A stretch of 64,000 bases of DNA from Nitrospirota bacterium (lineage in GTDB: Bacteria > Nitrospirota > UBA9217): contig CAVVUN010000009.1 in NCBI GenBank assembly GCA_963751455.1, forward strand, positions 96,001-160,000. The letters are read 5' to 3'. Below are positions 57,246 through 64,000 of this stretch, in pieces. The translations under genes were made by a program, and so were the position numbers. Each line of letters opens with the position of its first letter. Position 1 is the stretch's first letter. The notes beneath the pieces were generated by a model, which saw only the letters and a program-made list of their open reading frames with translations, had not been told where the DNA came from and ran no database searches.

Positions 57246-57375
57246 GAGGCATTTCCCCTCTTTCGCAAAGAGGGGTTAGGGGAGATTTTATAAAGACATG
57301 TTCAGATTATTTTGAGACCATTAATAAGTGCGTTTAATCGGAGAAATCTGCGCAATCTGCGGCTAAAGAATTTCA

Positions 57376-58614
57376 ATGAGAGTAAACATCGACTACATAG
57401 CGAGGGTGGAGGGAGAGGGCTCGGTTAAATTCGAGATCCGGGCGGGGAAGCTCACCAGTCTGAAGCTCAATATCTGGGAGCCGCCGCGTTTCTTCGAAGG
57501 TTTTCTGAAAGGCAGAAATTTTGACGAAGCCCCGGACATTACGGCCCGGATCTGCGGCATCTGCCCGGTATCGCATATGGCCACTTCGATCCGCGCAGTC
57601 GAAAAAGCGATCGGGTTTACGCCGAGCGAGGAGATCATCAGGCTGAGGCGGATCATGTCTCTCAGCCAGATCGCTGCGAGCCATATCGTCCACCTGTATG
57701 TGCTCGTATTGCCCGACTATCACCGGCTTCACGCGGTTACCGGCATGCAGAAGGAGATTACCCGGCTTTTAAGGATCAAGGAGGTTCTGAACCGCGTCAC
57801 GGGCGCATTCGGGGGACGGGCCCTTCATCCCGTGGCAATGGTAGTGGGAGGTTTCACGAAGCTGCCGTCAAAAGACACGATCGGGGCGCTTATCGACGGG
57901 CTCGAGACCATCAAGGAAGATGTGCGGGACACACTTACGATGGTTGCTGCCCTGCATTATCCTGCTCTAGAAACCGACTTGGAATTCATTGCACTTTCCG
58001 GGCAGGACGGATACCAGATCAACAAGGGAAGGATAACCTCGAACCTTGGGCTGGATCTCGATGAGGACAATTACAGCACCGCTTTCACAGAAAGTGAAGT
58101 GCCGTACTCCAACGCGAAGAGGACCGTGGTTAAGGGCAGGGGGGGGATGATGGTCGGTGCTTTGGCCAGGCTGAACCTGAATCTCGATAATGTTCACCCG
58201 GAAGCAAAAAAGGCGGCTTCAGAGATCGGTTTTACTCCGCCGGTAAGAAACCCGTATATGAATAATATCGCACAGGCGATTGAGACGATTCATTGTTTGC
58301 ACGAATGTCTGGATCTACTCGGCAAGGTTGAACAGAAGGACTATTTTATAAAACCCGTGGTGCACGAAGGCTTCGGGACAGCGGTAACTGAAGCGCCCCG
58401 GGGGCTCCTCTGCCACCAGTACGGGATTAATCGCCGTGGAGTTGTGGAAAAAGCCAATATTGTAACTCCAACGGCGCACAATTTCATGGGTCTCGAGGAT
58501 AACCTGAGACAACTTATCACCGACAATATCGACCTCCCGCAGCCGGAGCTGTCGCTCAAGTGCGAAATGCTCGTACGAGCGTACGATCCGTGCTTCTCAT
58601 GTTCGGTACACTGA
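57376..58614 (+). CDS. Group 3b alpha, [NiFe] large subunit
   Basis: ARVEGEG, RICGICPVSH, EAPRG, YDPCFSCSVH*. Confidence 0.94.
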   Translation: MRVNIDYIARVEGEGSVKFEIRAGKLTSLKLNIWEPPRFFEGFLKGRNFDEAPDITARICGICPVSHMATSIRAVEKAIGFTPSEEIIRLRRIMSLSQIAASHIVHLYVLVLPDYHRLHAVTGMQKEITRLLRIKEVLNRVTGAFGGRALHPVAMVVGGFTKLPSKDTIGALIDGLETIKEDVRDTLTMVAALHYPALETDLEFIALSGQDGYQINKGRITSNLGLDLDEDNYSTAFTESEVPYSNAKRTVVKGRGGMMVGALARLNLNLDNVHPEAKKAASEIGFTPPVRNPYMNNIAQAIETIHCLHECLDLLGKVEQKDYFIKPVVHEGFGTAVTEAPRGLLCHQYGINRRGVVEKANIVTPTAHNFMGLEDNLRQLITDNIDLPQPELSLKCEMLVRAYDPCFSCSVH

Positions 58615-58966
58615 CAACTACTCTTCTCTTCGTAATGATCCCTTGAGATTTATGCGTAATCGCTCAATTCCGCCCGCAATCAGGATTGAACTTCTTTCCG
58701 TTCCAAAACCGCATTAAACTGTTTCACCGTCATCCCGAATCGGTTGCCATGGGCGCGATTCTCCCGAAAGGCTATTCCGTTTTGGAATATTATTTTCTTT
58801 TTTCAGATAATCCATAAAATGAATATTATCCGATTGCCAAGATTCCAGTATAATCAATCAAATAGGTCAATTTCATTCTTAAAATAATTGACCATGGACG
58901 CGATGTATGCTACTGTATTTTCGAACCGATACTATCTTGTTGAACTTGAATTTACCGAGAATATAA

Positions 58967-59899
58967 ATGACGACTTTCGCGTATAGGATCAAATTCTATC
59001 TTTCCGAACATGACCGCATTAATCAGGAAGGGAAAGAATTCCAATTGCAATCGACGACAAATGGTCAGGATATGGTTTTGAAGGCTGTAGCCAATGCGAA
59101 TATAAAAGATACAAATGAGTTATGTGTCATAGGGACCGGGTTTACATCGCCCGATGAAGCCTATCAATGTGGCATCAAAGTAAAAAATGCTATTCATTTA
59201 ACAGGTGCGGTTTTGAGGATAGGAATTGATGTCGGGAAAGATGACTCTAAGAAGTTGCTGGACTTTACGGTTTATCAATTTAAAGATAAAGTTCGGAATT
59301 GTCTTCATGACGTTCATGGTTTGTTAATATACAAAGATGAGCCTTCGATTTCGTTTATCTCCGTTCACGGCAATGTAACAATCGGTGTCCCGGCTAATAG
59401 GTTTGATGTCGCGTTGAGCAAGGCAATTAATGTTAATATCTCTGAGAAACACCTTCTTGCTCTTGAATTATATAATATGTCTCGCTTTGAGTCTTCCCTA
59501 CGTGCTCGTTTAATAACCCTCGTTACAGCAGTTGAATCATTGATAAAACGTCAGGAAATTGCGCCCGCCATGCTGTGTCACATCGATAAATTAATTCAGT
59601 ATTCTCTAGAATCCGAAGAGTCGCAGCTTTCGGAAGATCAAAAAAGAAGCATTATTAAAAGCCTTGAGGATTTAAAAAAAGAGTCTATAGCCAGATCTTG
59701 CCGGCAATTTGTAAAGCGTCATATGGCTAATGAAGCAAAAGATTTTTTTCACAGCGCTTATGATATCCGCAGCAGAATGCTTCACGACGGTCTCATCCCG
59801 GTTGGTGTTAATTTAGGCCAGTTTGTACCCAAATTAGACAATCTCGTTTCGCAATTGATTGTTAAAGATTTGGATCCTCATCTTATCGCGATTAATTGA
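58967..59899 (+). CDS. HEPN (ApeA-like) domain protein, putative cassette gene
   Basis: LVTAVESL helix; RSRMLH (Rx4H); AT-rich. Confidence 0.7.
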   Translation: MTTFAYRIKFYLSEHDRINQEGKEFQLQSTTNGQDMVLKAVANANIKDTNELCVIGTGFTSPDEAYQCGIKVKNAIHLTGAVLRIGIDVGKDDSKKLLDFTVYQFKDKVRNCLHDVHGLLIYKDEPSISFISVHGNVTIGVPANRFDVALSKAINVNISEKHLLALELYNMSRFESSLRARLITLVTAVESLIKRQEIAPAMLCHIDKLIQYSLESEESQLSEDQKRSIIKSLEDLKKESIARSCRQFVKRHMANEAKDFFHSAYDIRSRMLHDGLIPVGVNLGQFVPKLDNLVSQLIVKDLDPHLIAIN

Positions 59900-59963
59900 G
59901 ACTGCGAATGTCTACTCCGCGTCCAAGTACCTCAGCAGTTTGGTGTGCACAGCGAACCAATGA

Positions 59964-60023
59964 TTTCAACCACCGCGTCCACATCGACTCGCCAAAATGC
60001 GGCGAGTGACGCGTTCGTTAGTC
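59964..60023 (+). repeat. attC-like site 1
   Basis: TTTCAAC ... CGCGTC/GACGCG, CTCGCC/GGCGAG ... GTTAGTC. Confidence 0.65.
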
Positions 60024-60060
60024 TTGAACACAATTTCCATTGAATCAACCGAGGTTCTTT

Positions 60061-60810
60061 ATGTGGAATTATTTATTATATTTAGCCGGAGCTATTGTTG
60101 CTGTATTTAACCATCTTAAAGATTGGGATGCTCACAAAACATTCTGGCGCAGATGGGTTGTTTTAGTATTGATAATCGCAATTGGAATTGGTGGTGTCAT
60201 AAATAATTACTTCACAGATAAAAAAGCAGATAGTCAGCATGAGGCAGACCAAAAAGAAATTGATAAGGCAAAAGCGGTTTTTGGCACGATGTCGCAGGAA
60301 TTGCATGAATTAAAAAAAGAGATTAAGACAACGGGGTTGTACAAAAAGATTGCATCAATGCAGGCAAAGATTGAGGAGAATCAAAAGGCACTTGATTCAA
60401 GGAAAGCGTCACTAATATTTTCATTTGGTGGTCATGGGAAAGAAGCCATACGTTCTATATCTTTGCCGGTAAAGGATAGCAAAGTCCATTTTGATTTTTC
60501 TATCTGGAATGATACAGAAATTAATGCACAAGATGTAATGCTTCAACTGCATATTTGCGATGGTTGTAAATATATTTCAAAACCGGAAGGATTTGCAACG
60601 GGTGTTGGCCTAGCAGATACCGTACTTGTGAATAATCCACGAATAGTATTTGGGCGAGCTAATACAGAACTATTTAGCACAGACATTGAAGTACCGCAAG
60701 GAGTCCAGGCTGTGCAGGTCGGTATGGTTTATCGCTGTAGTAACTGTGTCGTTCCAAAGGCTGGCGAGGTTAATGAGAACGTCGGATTAATAAATTTGAT
60801 TCGTCAATGA
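60061..60810 (+). CDS. Membrane-anchored hypothetical protein (TMs, coiled coil, beta domain)
   Basis: Two N-terminal hydrophobic segments; lies between attC-like sites. Confidence 0.65.
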   Translation: MWNYLLYLAGAIVAVFNHLKDWDAHKTFWRRWVVLVLIIAIGIGGVINNYFTDKKADSQHEADQKEIDKAKAVFGTMSQELHELKKEIKTTGLYKKIASMQAKIEENQKALDSRKASLIFSFGGHGKEAIRSISLPVKDSKVHFDFSIWNDTEINAQDVMLQLHICDGCKYISKPEGFATGVGLADTVLVNNPRIVFGRANTELFSTDIEVPQGVQAVQVGMVYRCSNCVVPKAGEVNENVGLINLIRQ

Positions 60811-60870
60811 TTCTAACCATTCGGCTCGAGAGGGCCGCGAAAAACGCGCCCCTCAGCCGAGCCGTTAACA
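60811..60870 (+). repeat. attC-like site 2
   Basis: TTCTAAC directly after the stop; TCGGCT-C-GAG / CTCAGCCGA with an extrahelical base; GTTAACA. Confidence 0.8.
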
Positions 60871-60880
60871 CGATAAGAAA

Positions 60881-61510
60881 ATGGGAGATGGCGTGATGGA
60901 GTTTGAGACCTCTGATGATTTTAAGGATACGATGAAAAAGTGGATGCGAGACCCAAATGGATGGATCGCAATATGTACAATAATCCTCGTGTTTAGTGGT
61001 TTCTATGCTCTTCATATATCCCGTGATACGGAGAAAAGACAACTTCGTGCCTACGTCTCGCCAGTTTTAAAAAGCGGGGACGTTTTTACAGAGAATGAAT
61101 CTGCCATTGAAATTACAATAGAAAATTTCGGGCAAACGCCGGCCAAAAATTGTAATGAGAATGGTGAAATTAAAATTTTGCCATATCCCTTGCCAAAGGG
61201 GTATGTATTCAAGAACTCTTTCAAACATAACGCAGAAAGTTATTCGAGCATTTACCCAAAAGCTGACAACGCTATTATCGGATGGCTAAAAGCAGACAGA
61301 GCATTTACTAAAACTGAAATTGAAGAAATTACATCTAATAATTCCCATCGTCGTGCTTACGCGTTTGGAACTTTGACGTATGCGGATATTTTTAACGAAT
61401 CTCATTTCACTAACTTCTGCTTCGTTTTGGACCCAAATTTCATCAAAAAAACGAAAGCCAGCATTGAATCTATTTGGATGGTCTGTGACAGGCATACCGA
61501 CTTTGATTAG
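60881..61510 (+). CDS. Membrane-anchored hypothetical protein
   Basis: TM; QLRAYV...EN.GQTPA...G.L.Y.DIF...TNFC. Confidence 0.7.
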   Translation: MGDGVMEFETSDDFKDTMKKWMRDPNGWIAICTIILVFSGFYALHISRDTEKRQLRAYVSPVLKSGDVFTENESAIEITIENFGQTPAKNCNENGEIKILPYPLPKGYVFKNSFKHNAESYSSIYPKADNAIIGWLKADRAFTKTEIEEITSNNSHRRAYAFGTLTYADIFNESHFTNFCFVLDPNFIKKTKASIESIWMVCDRHTDFD

Positions 61511-61538
61511 TGGCGTTCTGTTGGACTTGAGAATATCA

Positions 61539-61594
61539 TTCTAACATGCGCGACTGCGACGCGCCAGGGGCGGCGCGTCAGGCGCGCGATGGCT
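61539..61594 (+). repeat. Degenerate attC-like site 3
   Basis: TTCTAAC plus GC hairpin GACGCGCC/GGCGCGTC; terminal GTT box not intact. Confidence 0.45.
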
Positions 61595-61605
61595 TCTTGA
61601 AAACC

Positions 61606-62577
61606 ATGCGAACTCTCGACGATATTAATTTCATTATGCTCAGTCCGACTCACTTCGAGGAACTGTGCTTTGATCTCCTCATGGAGCTTGGTTTTAGAAA
61701 GCTGATTTGGCGGCAGGGTGGCGCAGACAGTGGAAGAGATATCCAAGGAACACGAGAAGTAATTAGCGGTCTTGTCGAACCATTTGAAGAAACATGGTTC
61801 TTTGAGTGCAAGCGCTACGACGATGGCGTACCGCCAGAAGCACTCAACTCCAAGATCGTCTGGGCTGATGCCGAGCATCCGAAGCACCTTGTATTCCTAA
61901 TCAGTTCGTACATTACAAACAATGCACGCACATGGCTGGACACGATCGCTCGCGACAAGTTTTATCGAGTGCATCTAATCGAAGGCAAGCAGCTTCAACG
62001 CCTTGTCCTTCGGTCGCATAGTCTTTGCACCCGTTACTTCTCTTCGGATGTGCAGCAACTCATGCAACAAGCCCACCGTGCTTGGGTCTTGCATAACTTG
62101 ATCCCTGAACCGTGGCTTTTACGCACCCTTGCCGATACTCAAAATCTCGCCGAGTACGAGCCAGGGCAACTCGCCTTCCTTTGGGCGTCTTTAAAGATTA
62201 GATTTGAAGAACTGAATGCAAACATGGATGACTCTTGGAGTGAGTCGTACGACATCATGTTCAGCATGTTGAAGCAACACGCTAACACAGAAGAACCGGT
62301 TCTAAAGGATTTGGGCGCTTGGTCGCTCATCGATGACCATGAGGGAGTGACTAATTTCGACCTTGCTTACAACAAAGTGTACGCGGCGCAAGTTGCACAT
62401 CTTGCAAACAAAACCGAGTACATCGCTTTATATTCCCTTGTCCGAGACGCAGAGGGAGAAGGCATCGAGGTACTGGTTGACCAAGACAGCAGCCTAACCT
62501 TTCACATAAGACATATTCCACAGGGCGCCAACCTCGCGCTGTCGGCAGCAAAGGATCTACTTTGTTCCAGCCCCTAA
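61606..62577 (+). CDS. Mrr-like restriction endonuclease domain protein
   Basis: FEELCFDLL..LGF, DSGRDI, FECKRY; likely ATG 61606. Confidence 0.78.
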   Translation: MRTLDDINFIMLSPTHFEELCFDLLMELGFRKLIWRQGGADSGRDIQGTREVISGLVEPFEETWFFECKRYDDGVPPEALNSKIVWADAEHPKHLVFLISSYITNNARTWLDTIARDKFYRVHLIEGKQLQRLVLRSHSLCTRYFSSDVQQLMQQAHRAWVLHNLIPEPWLLRTLADTQNLAEYEPGQLAFLWASLKIRFEELNANMDDSWSESYDIMFSMLKQHANTEEPVLKDLGAWSLIDDHEGVTNFDLAYNKVYAAQVAHLANKTEYIALYSLVRDAEGEGIEVLVDQDSSLTFHIRHIPQGANLALSAAKDLLCSSP

Positions 62578-62653
62578 ACAAACTATTCGCTAATCCGGGG
62601 CGCTGTCAAAAGCGGAGTGCTTCTTAAGTCTATGTGTATTTTGGAGAGGAAAT

Positions 62654-63094
62654 ATGGCTGATACAGGTGCACAAAAAAGAGCAGCGGACTGGGTGAGAAA
62701 TAACTGGCTCAAGGAGAAATTTGGCAAACTATTTGAGAAAAGAACATGCAGACTCAACACCGGGTCGGAAGTAGAATTCAACGCAGTAAGTCAAGACGGT
62801 AAGATTGTAGCGTTCATTTCTACTAGCACACCATTAGTACCTAAGGGTTCTGTCGGCAGAGGAAAATTGTCGAAAGTTCGCGCCGATGCCCTTTTCCTCT
62901 CGATGGCAGAAGGGAATTTAGAACGATTGCTGATTTACACTGAACTAGATATGGTGAATCTCGTGGCGGGAGAATATCAAGCCGGAAGGTTGCCAAGGAA
63001 TATAACCGTTTTGCATGCCTCGCTTCCGGATAATCTGCAAATTGAAGTTAGCGCATCGAGAAGGAAAGCATCAGACGAGCTTGCAGGTTCATAA
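62654..63094 (+). CDS. Small PD-(D/E)xK-like fold protein
   Basis: EFNAVSQDGKIVAFISTS resembles a degenerate nuclease core; SD GAGG. Confidence 0.5.
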   Translation: MADTGAQKRAADWVRNNWLKEKFGKLFEKRTCRLNTGSEVEFNAVSQDGKIVAFISTSTPLVPKGSVGRGKLSKVRADALFLSMAEGNLERLLIYTELDMVNLVAGEYQAGRLPRNITVLHASLPDNLQIEVSASRRKASDELAGS

Positions 63095-63139
63095 ATAAAG
63101 ATAGTAGCGCATTGCAAAAGCTTGGTTTTGCTGAATGCG

Positions 63140-63190
63140 TGCCAACCAGAAGATCGAGCCCACGCATCGGGGTTCATCTTCGCGTTAATC
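63140..63190 (+). repeat. attC-like site 4 (short)
   Basis: TGCCAAC; GAAGAT-C-GAGCCC / GGGTTC-ATCTTC; GTTAATC. Confidence 0.65.
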
Positions 63191-63226
63191 CCGAAAAAAC
63201 AACTGTGAGATCCCCGAGGATATTTT

Positions 63227-64000
63227 ATGGAAGTAAAATGCCGTTGTACCGAAATTTACTCACTTAAAGGAATAAATCTTCCGCCCGGTCAAACGGAAAA
63301 GGAATTAATAGCCGATTCGACAAGAGGTTTTCGCGCCGTGCTCACAACGCAGCCCAACTCGTATGCGTTCGAGGGAGATCGAAGTCTTGCTGTGGCGGGT
63401 ATGATGCTTAGAGGTCTGCTGAAGTTAGAACCTGGAAGTGATGAGTTTAAACAGCACATTACAAATAAGATTGATGAATTTCAAACGCGACGCGCAAAGA
63501 AGTTTGAAGCCGGGCCTTTCTTAGTCGTTATTGGAGAAGAAACCTTTTCATCGTTCAAACCATTTTCCTTCGAGGGCAAAGCCGATGACATTCAGGATTT
63601 TATAGATTTCCAGATTTGTTTTGACGGTGCTGACAAGGATGAGATTAAATCGAAATTTCACACGAAAGCTACTGCACTTTTAAATTCTATGGCCGTCATA
63701 ATGGGGTCTGTAGTCGGGATCAAGAAAGTAACAAGCTTTGTTTTCTTTCTCCGAGAGGATGGCAAACCAATCTATTCGTATTCATTTTCTGGATCGGCTC
63801 AAGTTTATACCTCGAAGCCGGTATCCGATGATATCGTACCTTTAATAGACACGTTGTATCATCAGATCGAGGACGATAATACATTACAACGTGTACAGCG
63901 TTTGTTCAGATCCTCATTTGAAACTGAAGAAGATCGCCTTCGTTCATTTCTTGAGGCGTGGATGGCATTCGAGATTTTTGTAAATAAAATATTTGCATCC
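63227..64000 (+). CDS. Partial ORF, probably HEPN/ApeA-like (runs off the window)
   Basis: Open for 258 codons from ATG 63227; ends ...RLRSFLEAWMAFEIFVNKIFAS. Confidence 0.6.
   Translation, partial: MEVKCRCTEIYSLKGINLPPGQTEKELIADSTRGFRAVLTTQPNSYAFEGDRSLAVAGMMLRGLLKLEPGSDEFKQHITNKIDEFQTRRAKKFEAGPFLVVIGEETFSSFKPFSFEGKADDIQDFIDFQICFDGADKDEIKSKFHTKATALLNSMAVIMGSVVGIKKVTSFVFFLREDGKPIYSYSFSGSAQVYTSKPVSDDIVPLIDTLYHQIEDDNTLQRVQRLFRSSFETEEDRLRSFLEAWMAFEIFVNKIFAS

Noticed and set aside
58615-58966. Integron integrase or attI upstream of the array
   Set aside because: Only about 350 bp with no tyrosine-recombinase ORF or recognisable attI.
62578-62650. attC between the Mrr-like and PD-(D/E)xK-like genes
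   Set aside because: No convincing AAC/GTT pair or stem.
1-64000. tRNA (including tRNA-Sec), rRNA or sel genes
   Set aside because: None recognised by eye, so the Sec machinery cannot be confirmed from this window.

Overview
Chromosomal window from an anaerobic bacterium; gene content and order suggest Nitrospirota/Thermodesulfovibrionia or a deltaproteobacterial lineage (inference). It holds the end of cobJ, yacG and metK. Next comes an apparently foreign block of a metK 3' fragment, an SAH riboswitch and ahcY. Two tandem membrane-bound group 1 [NiFe]-hydrogenase operons and a hyp operon with a HypC-HypA fusion follow. Then come a six-gene two-component/sigma54 cluster with a heme-c sensor, tldD, mog flanked by two MITE copies, and a 3780-aa secreted multi-propeller protein. 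The end has a GAF protein leading a group 3b hydrogenase operon interrupted by nested repeats and an IS481, then an AT-rich attC cassette array with HEPN and nuclease genes. The top finding is the first hydrogenase large subunit, which starts at 9867 and is split in the ORF track. Both cysteines of its N-terminal Ni-binding motif are in-frame TGA codons (RI-U-GV-U-TTVH) followed by a SECIS-like hairpin. This points to a di-selenocysteine site unlike classical [NiFeSe] enzymes. The same gene has a frameshift near 11413 that must be verified.
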